Positions 15,361-29,100 of a DNA stretch of 64,000 nt are shown here, in pieces (positions within the stretch are counted from its first letter, which is position 1; each line of letters starts with the position of its first letter). Source of the DNA: Eledone cirrhosa (Eukaryota); assembly GCA_964016885.1 (NCBI GenBank), contig OZ024743.1:144646001-144710000 (forward strand), given 5' to 3'. The notes below the pieces were generated by a model, which was given only the letters and a program-made list of their open reading frames with translations, did not search any database and was not told the origin of the DNA. The position numbers and the translations under genes are program-made.

Positions 15361-16283
15361 GTAAGTAAATATATTATTGTATAATCTTCATTTCAAGATG
15401 AACTTGTATGTGTACTAGCATGATTGAAAATGCTCCACAAATATATGCATAACAGCATTCATATTTCAAGGCCCATTTACAAATGAAATGCAAATATACC
15501 ATTCTAAAGAACAAATAGAATATTACAAGATCCCTCCTCTTCCCCAGTATATACAATCTTGTTAATTTTACATACCAGCCACTGTTGCAAATGGTGAAAT
15601 ATGGTAACATTTTGCAAGGCTTACAATCAAATGTCATTTGTCACGTGAATAGGATGTTGGGACTCAACACCTATTTATCGCTGAGAGGTTATTAGCAGAT
15701 ACTAATTGCAATAATAACTGGAGTTTATATCCGACAGGATAAAGAATGAAGAAGTAATATATTTGTTTATTTGTTACTGTTTTGATATAACACTATCTAA
15801 TTTGAAATAAATAAATAATTAATTAAACAGTTACTTTACTCCTGTCGGATATAAACTTTGGTTGGCTGCCACTGTGACTCCGAATGAACCAGCAGTACCG
15901 TTGTTAGTGGTCGAAACTATGTACACCCATTTCGACGGCTGATGACCGCGAAGATTTTGTACCCGTTGATCGTTACCAGATATGATATACATGCATATGA
16001 TCGTTACCAGATGCAAATGTATTCGGTCAGGAAATGATCTCACCAATTTGTATTTAAGATTGGTCCCCATCGTTCTTATCCACTCGGTCAGAGTCAGGTG
16101 ATTAAAAACAGGTACTTTTCAATAAATTATATGGATAGTGAAAAATTCTACTGTCGATTTTAGAAAATTAAATCCTTTGTCAAATGTACTAACGTTCAAA
16201 AAACAAATAAAAACAGTAAGGTCTGTGAAACAAAACATAGCAAAGTAATATCAATAATTTTAAATGTGTTCTATAATTACTAG

Positions 16284-16549
16284 ATGTGTGATTAAACAAA
16301 AGCCTGAAAACTGCGACCTATCACAAGTAAAGAGTTGCAACATTCTAAATAATTTATTTAAAACCTGCAAAAATAAAATAGGACAAAACTCTTTCAATGA
16401 ACATATGGAATCGTGTAAAATTGATGTTTGTGCATATCGACATGACAAAAAGCTTGTTCAAACGGTGTTATGCAAGATAGTTGAGTCAGTAGCAAAGAAA
16501 TGTGAAGATGCCGATATATTTGTTGATTGGAGAAAAACTGCAAAATGTG
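16284..16549 (+). CDS. Host gene exon: C8 domain 1
   Basis: tactag| ... |gtaaga; Cys pattern ending ESCKIDVC...CEDADIFVDWRKTAKC; phase 2 to 1. Confidence 0.88.
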
Positions 16550-16699
16550 GTAAGATCGCGTTATATTTCTTATTGATTCTGATTGTTATTTCTGTTTTAG
16601 AAATTGATTAATCTGTTTGTTCAACCATATGATAATAACTATGATATTATGAGTTGTACCTGATTAATATCTGATTAAATAAGGGAGAATTGCACAACC

Positions 16700-17060
16700 C
16701 CAGCTTAATTTGCTTGTACAGCTCTTCTTTGATCAAAACACAAAACGTTGTCAAGATGTTTTGTGGTTAATTTGGATCCTGTGAATGACCTAATTTGTAT
16801 CTCATTTACCGAGTAAGTAAACTTGGGTATATTGCATTGCTGATCAAGAGGGCATGATTCCGGCATTCTGCAAGAGCATTCCGGTGCGGGAGCGTTCTCG
16901 GGTTTGTTGGTGATTCGGGCTGTCATGCTTTTGCAGCTGGAGTAATCGATTTTCACTGTATGTCAGTTAAAAATTGGTCTATAATTATGGTCTATGGGAA
17001 AGTGCTTCTCAATAAGGGCGAAGAATATTTTACCTACGTTGGTTTTAATATTGGGCGAAA
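16700..17060 (-). mobile_element. Penelope-like element fragment
   Basis: KHFP...KIDYSSC..M...CSCR..ESCPLDQQC, the PLE linker preceding GIY-YIG. Confidence 0.6.
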
Positions 17061-17134
17061 AAGAGGGTGAAACCATATTATTGGATCTGGTTTCTTCCTA
17101 TCTTTTTTCCTAGCGGTAACTGAATCTTGTTCAG

Positions 17135-18420
17135 GAGAGTAAGGCTTTGAAAAGGGTATGTATTGCTAATAAGTGTTTTTATGGAGGTACCTGGTCTTTC
17201 TACTATCTTAATATTGAGGTTATGTTTATCTAAGGCCCGCATGTGAAACTCCAAATAACTAGAGAGACACATACAACACTTCATCCACCGTATGCAGTTC
17301 TCTGGTTACAATCAGAGAGATAAAATCCGAGTATATAGAGGAGCCAGAACCAAATGGGAAAAATGGTAAATAATGATACAAATGGGACCTGCCCCTTGTA
17401 TAGGAGCAAATTTTGGAATAGAATAGAAAGAACTAGGAATAAGGTTAATAGAATAAACTCATGGTATGATAGCAATAAATACCAGAGTGTAATGTTCATC
17501 GATACAACCCCCAGAGGTGAGTTAGCTTACAAATTTAGAAGGGCCCTAGATAAACATAAACTCGATATTAAGATAGTAGAAAGACGAGGTACCCCCATAA
17601 AAACACTTATTAGCTATACATACCCTTTTCAAAGACCTCCATGTATAGATAAGAAATGTATAATCTCTAAACTAAGCCCCCATATTAAGTGTAAAACTAG
17701 AAATGTAATATATAGCATAAGATGTACTGAAGGACAATGTAGAGATAAGAATATAGTGTACATGGGTGAGACAGCTCGTAGTATAGGGGAACGGATAAAT
17801 GAACACTGGCGAGAGCTTCAAGATAGTAAAGAATCATTTGTACTCCACCAACATGCTAAAATAGAACATAAGGGTAAATTAGAGAACATAGAAATAAAAA
17901 TAGAATCTACACAAAGAAAATACGCAATGTTTAGACAAATCACAGAGGCAATAAACATAAATGAACTCCAACCAAAATTAAATAGAAAACATGAATGGAA
18001 TAGCAATATCACAACTTACAATTAAGGACAAAATGAAAACACACACACACATAGAACAAACAACCAACCAGTAACATGTAAATAAACAAATAAATAAACA
18101 AATATAAACACACACAGACACCCGGATGTAACACATGCGCAAACTAAGCACACAACACACAAAAATAAGATGGCGTAGGACAGAACAAAGGAGAGGCACA
18201 AAAACAAAGAAAAGAATCCCCAGTCACTGAAGGGGTCACAGAATGTGTGACGAAAGAACTTTGACAATATATGAACAATCGCCTGGTTGTGGAACCAACC
18301 AACCAAACGGAAATTTATAAATTCCTAAATTCATAAATTTAATTCATAATATATTGAAGTGAAACAATTGGTGCGTGTGTTTCTTATTGGCAACATGACC
18401 CTCCCAAAGTATAACAATAT
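17135..18420 (+). mobile_element. Penelope-like element 3' part with GIY-YIG endonuclease, inverted 5' segment and HHR-bearing pseudo-LTR
   Basis: ORF 17354-18025 CKTRNVIYSIRC...YMGETARSIGERINEH; 17135-17240 is the reverse complement of ~17540-17637; ends in (TA)n. Confidence 0.85.
18223..18265 (+). ncRNA. Hammerhead motif in PLE 3' UTR (core mutated to CTGAAGG)
   Basis: gtca-CTGAAGG-g-GTCACA(gaatg)TGTGAC-GAAA-gaac-TT-tgac. Confidence 0.65.
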
Positions 18421-18605
18421 ATATATATATATATATATATAGCTATTTTATTTGTGATCATTTGTGTTATAATTTCAATGTCACTTTGTATTCATTTCGT
18501 TATTTGCCATTTTCATATATACCAAAGCTCTATAAAGTTTTAAATTTCAACAATTGGATATATTTATAATGTATTTACGTGTGTCTTTTGTGATTTCCAT
18601 TTTAG

Positions 18606-18796
18606 AAAAGAAATGTTCGTTAAATGAAATATACAGCCATAAAACACCCACCTGCCAGGCGACATGTATTAATAGATCTCCTAGCTGCAACACATACGCT
18701 GAAGGTTGTATTTGTAAAGTTGGTTATATGCTCAGTGGAGAGGATTGTGTTCCAAAATCCAAATGTGGCTGCATGAATGGCAAAATGTATATGAAG
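18606..18796 (+). CDS. Host gene exon: TIL domain 1
   Basis: ttttag| ... aag|gtatgt; CSLNEIY...CQATC...EGCICKVGYMLSGEDCVPKSKCGC; phase 1 to 0. Confidence 0.88.
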
Positions 18797-19254
18797 GTAT
18801 GTTTATGTTGGAATTTGTAATTTATTTTGCTGATAAATTTGCGGACGTTCTCTGTCCATAAATCTTGAAGATGTAATTTTCCCAGAAAAGATTTTATGCT
18901 TAATCTAAGTCACAAAAGTTTCTACTGTTTCAAAATTGATTCAGTAGAAGCCAGTTATGGTGAACACTTGGCTATTAAACTTGAATATTTTAACGTAACC
19001 TGTTTTCAATTATAGCATTATATTATTTGCAAGGCCTTATATGCATAAGAGTTTATAAATTATTTACTTATTTAAGGAATGCATATATGTATATATATAT
19101 ATATAAGTCGGCAGACCTCGCAAGGACTCTATATCTTTGATATATTGTTTTTGTTTATGCCACGAAACTACGTAGTCGAGGAATTTAGGAACTGTTTAGG
19201 TATGATACATTTTATTACTAATTATATCTAAATGTTTCTTCTCTCTTCATAATG

Positions 19255-19381
<127 letters not shown>

Positions 19382-20212
19382 CATATTACTTATTTTCGGT
19401 TAACTGGGCATTTATAATTGAAAGGTACAACAGCGATACTCGGGAAATATTGCACTGAATTGGTGGCCTTTTATTGAATGAAAATCATAGTAATTCTACT
19501 GGATGGTCGGTCACGGTTGAAGAGCAAGATATTAAAAGACAAAGACTGTAAGAGAGTGGGATAGGAGTTAGACATAAATATTTCCCAAGAATCATGTGTC
19601 TATGTGTGTGTGCATGTATGTCTGAAAGGGGATTGGAATGTAATATGTGTATGCTTGACAGACACGATCTCACTATTAACTATTAAGCGTAGAAACCAGA
19701 AAACAGTCAAAACTCTTCTTATAAAGACAGTGTAAAAATAAAAAGTTGTTTAAATCTCTGTTTATTATCTCGACTGTATTAGAGATCTCCTTTAATACTC
19801 ACAATGCATAGTAAAAATCAAACATTGATCCTAACTTATTTCAAATCGCTGTTGTAAAAGTATATAGAATGAGTTATTTGATTAGAAATGTAATATTTTA
19901 AAATCTATTCAGTTTAAAAATAAACCAATAATAATAATAAACCAATAAGAGAAGTTCATGGCAAATTTCTTAGTATTAGTATACTTCAATAATTGTTCAA
20001 TCGAAAAAATAACCGAACATTATTCATTTATTCGGTTACTAGTTCCAATCATTAGATTGCGGCCATGTTGGAGTACCGCCGCGATTTTAGTCAATCATAA
20101 TATTTCCAGTACTTACACGTCTGGTACTCTTTTTTTTTGTTACAAGACAAGCACAAACACTAACGACAGAGACAGCCACATACGCGCTGGCTATTATTTT
20201 TAGCATGAATAA

Positions 20213-21993
20213 CACCGTGTAACATATTTTTTATTATATACCTGGTTTGTTATATCCCATTATTATAAAGAAAACACTATTATTTAATCAGAATTTGGGG
20301 TTTGTGGTCAGGAGTTTGATATTTCGAAATTTTCATATTTTTCAAGAAAAAACACATTTTAAAAAAAATTATCAGTTCATATAATTAAATCAACAGAGTA
20401 TATATTTATTTTATTACACAAGCTTATCAAAAGCAAACAAGTAAAAACAAATAACACTTATAAAGCAACTTATACACGTCAGAAATGACTGGATTTCCTG
20501 GATTTGCGGTTTTAGTCCAGGTCGCATTCCCGCACTAGTCCCCAGATATAGTCACCCAACATTTTATCTTTGTAGTGGCCCTGGTACCTCCGCTCTATCT
20601 CTTTCACATCTTGGCGGAATCGTTCGCCTTGTTCTTGAGTAGTCGCCCATATTGTCCTTGAATTTTTCCAGGTGAGCGTCCAGCATATGGAGTTTAAGCG
20701 ACATCCTTCATCCCATGGCGCCAAAAGCCTTTATCAGATCATGCAACAATTGCTGGTAGTTTTCAGCTCTGTAGTTGCCCAGGAAGCCTTTAACAACTGC
20801 CTTGAAACAGTTCCACGCTGTTCTCTCAATCCTATTGAGCTTATTGGCGAACTCGGTAGACTCAAACACCTTCTTTATCTGAAGTCCAACAAAAATTCCA
20901 CCTTTGATTTTGGCCTCAGATAACTTGGGGAAGAACTCAAGAAGGTACTTAAAAGCGGCTGATTCTTGGTTCAGAGCCTTCACAAACTGCTTCATCAACC
21001 CCAACTTAATGTGCAGTGGTGGCATGAGCACAAATCTGGGATCAACCAGTGGCTCCCACATGACGCTCCGGGTCCCAACTACAAATTCTGTTCGCTGCTC
21101 CCAGTTCTTTCTTTTGTAGTGGTCAGAGGTGGCTCTGCTGTCCCAAAGGCAAAGGAAGCATTGGAATTTGATAAAGCCTCCTTGGAGTCCAAGCAGGAAA
21201 GCCACCATCTTGAAGTCTCCAATGATTTCCCAATTGTACTGGTTGTATTGTAGAGCTTCCAAGAGGACTTTCACACTGTAGTAATCTTCCTTCAGGCAGA
21301 CTGAATGAGCTAGAGGCAGTGTCGGGAACTTGTTTCCATTGTGGAGGCGGACAGCCTTCAAACTTGTGGTGGAGCTGTCTATAAATATCCGCCACTCCTT
21401 GGGCACATACGGCACCCAATAACGTCAAACAGTCCAGGCACGTCATGGCAGAAGCAGAGGCCATCCCTAAGAGTGTAAAAGCCTGAGAAAGGTTCGTGTC
21501 GACTTCCCTGACTTGTCACCTGCACTTCCTCCTTGACCAAGTTCCACTGCTTCATCCTGGAGACGAATAGGTCTGCATTGGACTTGGTCAGACCCATATC
21601 CTTGACCAAGTCATTGACTTCTTTTTGGTTTGGGAAGTGAGGAACTTTTTCTGGTACCCCAGTATCAATAAATCTCTTTAATCCACTTTTTAACAATTTT
21701 ATACTTTATTGCACTTTTATAATTTTCTTTAGGTATTACTCTTTATTTTATAATTTTAATTTAACCTGAAACATATATAAAAAAATATCATTTAACATAA
21801 GCGAATTAAACTTACATACAACGTAAAATCCAGCATACAAATAATTCTAGTGAATAGCTTAGGATTTTTACAAACCCCAACTTTTAACTGTTTAATAGCA
21901 CCCTTTTTTAAAAATTTATTTGGGACCTAAGCAACACAAAAAAAGTGATTACAAGCCAGGAACAGAGAAAAACATTTTTTTAGTTACACGGTG
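20213..21993 (-). mobile_element. Chapaev3-like (CMC) DNA transposon with frameshifted transposase
   Basis: TIRs CACCGTGTAAC/GTTACACGGTG; IFIDSS..SLKAV.LHNGN, CFLCLWDSRA, PPLHIKLGLMKQFVKAL, EQGERF.QD motifs (family assignment from memory). Confidence 0.72.
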
Positions 21994-23086
21994 AATCAGT
22001 CGTAATGAGTTTCTGTATGTGCAGGTACTCGTTGGGGCGTTTGTTTGTGGTTTGATGATTTTCTTGTCGGCTGAATCTATTCTTACGCTCTTTCCAATAT
22101 GATGGCGCTCGTTGCAATGTTTGAGTGTGGGGATGCGTGCGTGTGTGTGCCTGTGTATATGTAATGTCAGCTATTATATAAAGTATTTTCAATATAAATG
22201 AATCTAATATATAATGATTGGAGGACTGCGGGATTATGTCAGGGATATTTTTTCTGAACACGTTATAGAAATAAGTTAGATTACTTTGAATAAAACATGA
22301 ATGAATATTATGTAATTTATCTACTAAATTTCGTAGCTGTTGATTAAACATAAATATTCTTATATATAATGTATTGCTTATTTTAAGATTCACTTCTTTC
22401 CGGTTAGCATCCGTTAAATCATAACACATATAGCCGTACGCTATAACACATCGCTTATATAAACGTTCATATATTTACATCATAACGTTTATATTTCCTT
22501 CGCTAATTTTCTCCTTTTTCGCTTTCATAACATTTCGCCGTAATGCAGTTCAGATATAATATCGTCTTTTTTAAATGTTTCATGGATTACTTTACTGATT
22601 ACAGAAGAGAGTGTAACCCATTCTCTCTTCAATTTCTGCTGCATATTTCTGTGCATATTCTCAATTAGGATTTTATCTGACATATCATATCTACATACAT
22701 ATATATATATATGCGTATAATATCAATATGCACACTACACAAGCAGAAAACCACCTGAAGGATGGATTTTCTGCTAGTTTATATAATTAAAATACAATCT
22801 TTTACTGTAAGAATTGTAGAGCAATAAATTTAGAGCAGGTTATTTTACATACCTTTTTGTGTAGAATGAACTGTTTGAGTCCCAAGTTATTTACATAATA
22901 ACACACAACTCAGTCAAAGAGAATAATTTTAGTAGTATACACAAGCATGCACATACGTGCATACATACATACATGTAATATATATGATGTTGCTAGTTAA
23001 GACCTGTAATATATATTGAAGTTGATGGAGTGTAATAAGGTTGAAAGTATGGTTATTAGGATATAATATAATACGTGGAATTGCAG

Positions 23087-23270
23087 GCTGGTGAAGAAAC
23101 ATATGCAAAGAATTGCGTCAGCAAATCAAGATGTCTCACTAATGGAACAGTCGAACATACGCAGTTAAATGGCTGTCAAGTTAATAGAAAATGTATTATA
23201 TACAAAAACAAGAACACGTGCGCCTGTAATGACGGTTATGTACTCCAAAATGACACTTGCATAAAATTCG
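23087..23270 (+). CDS. Host gene exon: TILa / EGF-like module 1
   Basis: ttgcag| ... |gtaagt; AGEETYAKNCVSKSRC...CACNDGYVLQNDTC; phase 0 to 1. Confidence 0.85.
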
Positions 23271-23329
23271 GTAAGTGTTTGTTGTTGCTGTTGTTGCTGT
23301 TGTTGTTGTTGTTGTTGTTGTTCTTCTTC

Positions 23330-23382
<53 letters not shown>

Positions 23383-24787
23383 GTTGTTATTCCTTGAATC
23401 TCAGTCATTGATGTTGGTTAACTGGAAAGTCCGTTGGATTGAATATCAAGCCACTACCTGCAGCCTCAGATATTCAGGACGTATCGGAGGGTTCTTGCTG
23501 TTCCAAGCAAGCATGCCTTTTGAAGCGTTCCAAAAAGCGTGAAGGGGCCGATTTTCTTTAACCATCCCTGGAAACTTTTGGAGATAGTCCCCAGTGCGCC
23601 TATGACAATCGGGATCACTTTGACTTCATGGCAGTTCCAAATCCTTTTCACCTCCCACTTTAGGTCCTGGTATCGGTTAATTTTCTCCCTCTCCTTCTCT
23701 TGCACTCTCGTGTCGAACGGGCAGGCCACATCCACAATCAGACACGATCTTTTTTCTTTGTCCACAACCACCAGGTCAGGTCTATTGTGTTCCAGTTTTT
23801 TGTCCGTCTGTATCCTAAAATCCCACAGCACCTTCACCTGATTGTTCTCCATCACCGCCTCTGGCCTATGCTCATACCATCTCTCAGAATGTGGTAAATT
23901 GTTTACTTTGCACAGGTGCCAGTGGATCACCCTGCCCATCACATCGTGTCTCCAGCCCTTATAGTGGGTCTGGGCTAGGTGTTTACACTCGGACACAATG
24001 TGAGCCACAGTCTCCTCTCTCTCTCCACAGATCCTGCACAGTGGGCTAGCCTCCTCCTTGTAAATATGGTGCTTCAACCACTTCGTTTTGAGGGCCTGCT
24101 CCTGCGCAGCCATTAGCATTCCTTCTGTAGCCTTTTTGAGGTCTCCTCTTCTCAACCAGTTCCATGTCTGTGGATCTCTAAATTCAGTTTTCTCAAAGAA
24201 GGTACTATGAAGGGATTTTCCCTTAAGGCTGCTCTTCCTCCTTGATGTTATTTCCTCCTTGGACATCCCCTGGCCTACTGTCCCCTCCTTCAGTACAGCT
24301 CTGAGCATTGGCTCCTTACTATAGGTCACGTATTTGTATAGGTTGTTTTTCTCCATCTGAACACAGTCCTTTATGCTGATAAGACCTCTTCCACCCTCAG
24401 ATCTCCTTAGGTAGAGTCTATCGACATCACTCCTCTTGTGGAACATGTTGTAGATAGTCAATAGCTTCCTAGTCTTCCTATCCATTTCTTTTTGTTCAGC
24501 AACATTCCATCTCAGAATTCCCGCACTGTACCTAATAATAGACACAGCTCGGGAATTTACTGCGCTTATGGCATTTCTGCTGTTCAGATGTGACTTCAAT
24601 ACGCTCCTTACTCTCCGAATGTATTCAGTTCTTAACAATTCCTTCATTTTTTTGTTCTTTATGCCATCAGCCTCCAGAACGCCCAAATACTTGTATCCTT
24701 CCTCAGAGTCAATTTCCTTTATCATCTCACCTGTTGGTATCTGGATCCCGTTACTTCTGCTCAACCTACCCCTCCTCATCACAATGA

Positions 24788-24790
<3 letters not shown>
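23383..24790 (-). mobile_element. R4/Dong-like retrotransposon, second family, with an intact 438 aa C-terminal ORF
   Basis: YKYLG, SEGGRGL, CRICG..ETVAHIVSEC, RPDLV, KINRYQDL; inserted in (TTA)n just after a host exon. Confidence 0.88.
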
Positions 24791-24833
<43 letters not shown>

Positions 24834-24835
24834 TT

Positions 24836-25020
24836 CTGTGGATTGGCAGTATCGGTAGAGAGTCGGACACCATGCTTTAAAGCATAGAGTTACGTCCTTT
24901 ATGATCTGAGTTCAAATCCCGCCGAGGTTAACTTTGTCTTTCATCATTACGGGGTCGATAAAATAAAGTACCAGTAATCTACTGGGTATTTGCTGGCCTT
25001 GTGCCTAAAATAGAAACAAT
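24836..25020 (+). mobile_element. tRNA-derived SINE, full length
   Basis: A-box-like tggcagtatcggtagag, B-box gagttcaaatccc, same core as 283-470; another copy at 45616-45822. Confidence 0.75.
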
Positions 25021-25131
25021 TATTATTATCGTAATTATTATATATATGGAGTTATATATATATATAAATAACAATGTAATATCAAAAACATGTACGAAAT
25101 AACATACTTAATTTCTTTGCATTTTTTACAG

Positions 25132-25683
25132 TCTGTGACAAACCAATTGATGTACAATTTCTGGTAGAGTTAAATGGTATCGGAAAAACAAACTTGGAGG
25201 GATTGAAACATTTTGTGACGAGTTTAATCGACTCTTTTACGATCGGACTGAATTCTGTCAAAGTTGGTGTTTGGGGTCATGCCGCTTCTTGGGTTCACCA
25301 GTATATATTTAACTCAGATGACCCTGAAGCTATAATGAAAGCTATTAATAAAACCTGCTACGTAAATCGAAATTACCCTTCTTTGTATTATATATTTAAT
25401 AATCTAAAGAGATATGTTAGACTTATGAGAGCCCCTATAAAACAACATAATGCCGTTGTTGCATTTGTTGGAAGCCAGTTATATAATCAGAAATATATTA
25501 TCAATACTGCTAAATCATTAAGAAAGTCTGGATTAAATATATATATAGTAGAAGTTGGAGAAAAGGTTAATAAAGAGCTTTTGAAGAATATTGTCAGCAA
25601 TTCAAGTTCCGATCTCTTGTGGTCTGAGAATTATTTTAATTTGAACAAAATAAAGGCCCAACTTTTGCAGAAAATATGCTCTG
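25132..25683 (+). CDS. Host gene exon: von Willebrand factor A-like domain
   Basis: ttttacag| ... |gtaagc; CDKPIDVQFLVE...KHFVTSLIDSFTIGLNSVKVGV...AKSLRKSGLNIYIVEVG...LLQKIC; phase 1 to 1. Confidence 0.85.
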
Positions 25684-26104
25684 GTAAGCTTTACACTTGC
25701 TTTTCTTTTTAAATCTATCTACCTTTTCTAAATAATTGGAATAGTAATAAAACATATGAATCAGTGACAACCACTTTGTACTAGAATTGTACTAAATAAT
25801 TTGAGCATGTGTGTGCTTTGATATCTTCCTCCTTACTTTTCTTTCACACATACAGTGCTGAGATGGTAAGCAGTAGAACAGCAGCTATCTGTGGCTATCT
25901 GTCTATATATCTATCTTCGGAAAATTAAATTTCTATCTATCTATCTAGCTGTCTATCTATCTTTCTATCTATCTATGTATCTACATGCCTATCTGTTTCT
26001 CAGTTTGTCTATATGTTTGTCTAGCTGTCTGTGTATCTATCTGTTTGCCTGTCTACTCCTCTATTTATTTGTCTTCTCTGTATGTATGTATCTATCTATC
26101 TATC

Positions 26105-29100
26105 CGCGTCCTTTTAAAAAGTTTCCCCGCCCTCACCCCAGACACACCTACCCCAGACACCCCCACCCCACCAAACATCTCCGTTCCCACCCCGCCGGAA
26201 ACAACCACCCACCCAGACAACTCCTCTAACACCCCCATAGAAACCGTGCGGCCTGATCCCCGGGAGACGAAGAGGTGAGTGTTTTCTTCTCTTTTAACTT
26301 TTCAGAACCAACATGGCCAATATAAGAGTTGGGTGTGTGAATGTACGCGGCCTGGGGATGCCCTGGAAACAGGGCAAACTCTTAAACGACCTCAGGTCGC
26401 ACAGTATGGATGTAGTAGCCATTTGCGAGTCCAGGATCCACAGCGAGCGACAGCTGGCCCCCGTCTTCGATGACTTTGAGATCTACGCATCTCTCTGTCA
26501 GCCGGGGGTGGGGCGGAGTTGCCGTTTTGCTGCGGAAACACCTCGGCCTCGTAACACAGACGGTACATCTGGACCCGGAGGGTCGACTGGTGGTCCTAGA
26601 CGTTGACGGTAGTGAAGGTGGAACCTTCAGGCTGGTGGCCGCAAATGCCCCATCCGGGACACCGCGGCCAGTCTTCTTCAAACGTCTAGAGACTTTTCTG
26701 GGAACGTCCCGCTCCTTGCTTTTAGTGGGGGACTGGAATGAAATCCTAGATGCACGTTGGAACTATGTGGGAGCATGTCCCGATAAAGGTGGGTGTAACA
26801 GCCTCAAACAGTTAATCGGCCGATTTGACCTGGCGATAGATATCGACTAGATTTTCCGACTGTGCCACTGTGGACGTGGACTAATCTTAGCGGAACATCT
26901 AGATCGTACCTAGATAGGGTTCTAGTTAGAAATAAGGATAGCGACATGTTAAGCTGTCCACAAATGTTCATGGTTGCTTATTCAGATCACAAACTAGTGA
27001 CCTGAAGCATGAGGGCTGCGTTGTCAGGGAGCCAAAGCTGTTAGCTGGGCCCGAGTGACGGAAGCAAAACGTGGCAACAAGTCCACGATTCGTTCTTTGA
27101 AGGACCAAAACGGACGCCTGATACGTGAGCCGAAGCAGATGTGTGCGGCCTTTCAGCGGCACTTTGCTCAGCTGTTCGGGCAGGGCGGCGCGCCGGGAGG
27201 GGCTATGGATTTCGGTCCATACCTCGACGGCCTACCGCGACTCTCGGACAGCGAGGCAAAGTTCTGCGAAAAGCCAATTTCAGCCGCTGAGATAGGGGAC
27301 GCGCTGAGCCAATGCGGCAAACGCAAATCTCCAGGTCTCTACCCTACGAATTTTACGTAGCAATGCCGGACTTATTCTCCGGTCTCCTGGAAGCGGTCTA
27401 CTGCAACTAGCAGCAGAACGGGAGAATTCCCAATTCTGTGACCGGGGGCGTAGTCACACTAGTCAAGAAGGCGAGAATAAAGGGGATGACATAGGCAACT
27501 TCCGGCCCATAACTCTGCTAAACACAGAGTTACAGATTTTGGCCAAGGTGTTGGCAAAGAGGCTTGCGCTTGTCGTCGAGAACCTGGTGGGAGAAGCGCA
27601 AACATGCGCAATCCCGACCAGGTCCATACACGACAACCTCCACCTCATGCGATACATCATAGAGAGAGGAGGGTGTAAACCCGGATTCGGTGGGGCCCTG
27701 ATCAACTTGGATCTGTCTAAGGCTTTCGATAGGGTTGACCATCGTTACCTGGATGCGGTGGTCAAGGCGGCAGGCTTCGGACCCGTGTTCAGGGGCTGGA
27801 TTCATGTAATACATAACAGCAACATCTGCTCAAGGGTTAAGGTGAACGGCTACCTCTCGGAGCCGTTCCATTTCACGCGATCCATTCTACAGGGATGCCC
27901 TCTCTCTCCTCCCTTCTGTACGTATTGACTCTTGAGCCACTACTGCGGAAGTTGGAGCTATTGCAGGGCATCCCTCTGGAACCAGGACTGCGGAAAGCGG
28001 CGTCGGCCTACGCCGACAACGTGACAGTAATGGTGTCGAGCGCCTCGAAAATCGAGGAAGTCGGCACCTTACTAAAGGAATAGAAAAGGTTCACAGGAGC
28101 GAAGCTGAACCGGGAGAAGTCCATCGGTGTGCAACTCGGATCGTGGAGAGGCAAACCGATGCCTTCCGATGGCGTCGTCGTACGCTGGACGGAAGGACCA
28201 GTAAAGCTGCTCTGGGTCTGGTTTGGTCAGGACCTCCAGGTGGAGAAGAATTGGAACGAGGTGTCGGCCAAGGTGTTTGCACTCACCCAGAAATGGGCCG
28301 AGTGCAAACAATCCTTGAAAGGACGAGCGGAGGTGGCGAACACTTTTATAGCGTCCGCCAGCTACTACCGCTTGACCGTCGTGCCTTGTCCAGCCAAAAC
28401 GCTCGCCAAAATAGAGCGCACGCTCTTCAAATTCCTTTGGAAGAGGCGGGCTCCTTTGGTGAGAAGATCCATCTGCTTCCAACGCCCTTCCAACGGAGGG
28501 CTGGGGATTCCATGGCTGACGATGCGCAAACACGCGCTCAGGCTGCGGCATCTCTACGTATTCCTCACCGGACAACCGGTGTGGGCCCAATTCGTGACGC
28601 GAGCCTTCCCACGACTCTGCAGTCCTGGGTCAAGCAAAGATCAGGGAAAATGGGCGACTGGCACATCGAATGTGCTCAGGCGCTCACAGCCCTCTGGCAG
28701 GCGGACCCGGCGATCAGTGGAGACTCCACTTCGTCATTCTATAGAGGGTTGATCCGCAGCAAGTGCGACGACGTGCACGGTGAAACTTTGGGCGTAGAGG
28801 AAGACGAACTGGTCAGTCTGTTCGGTAGGACCTTCCGCCCGGGACCGATGGACACCTTCAAAAGTCCCTGGATTGGCAGTGCTACCGCGGAGCTCTACCA
28901 GTTCGAGACAAGCTCTACAGACATGGGCGCCCTGGAAGGACCCTGCAAAAAAGATCTGTCCGACGTGCGGGCGAGACGAAGAAACCGTCGCTAACGCATT
29001 CATACACTGCCCGGGCGTCACCGACCTGTGGGGCTATGTAGAACGACTATTGTCGTGGGTGAGACCAATCCGGTTGACCACCGAGTTCATTGTCATGATC

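Noticed and set aside
23466-24782. 438 aa ORF as a nested host gene
   Set aside because: It is the C-terminus of a 5'-truncated Dong-like retrotransposon with near-identical fragments elsewhere in the window
24836-24925. tRNA gene
   Set aside because: The A and B boxes belong to a multi-copy SINE head, and no complete cloverleaf is evident
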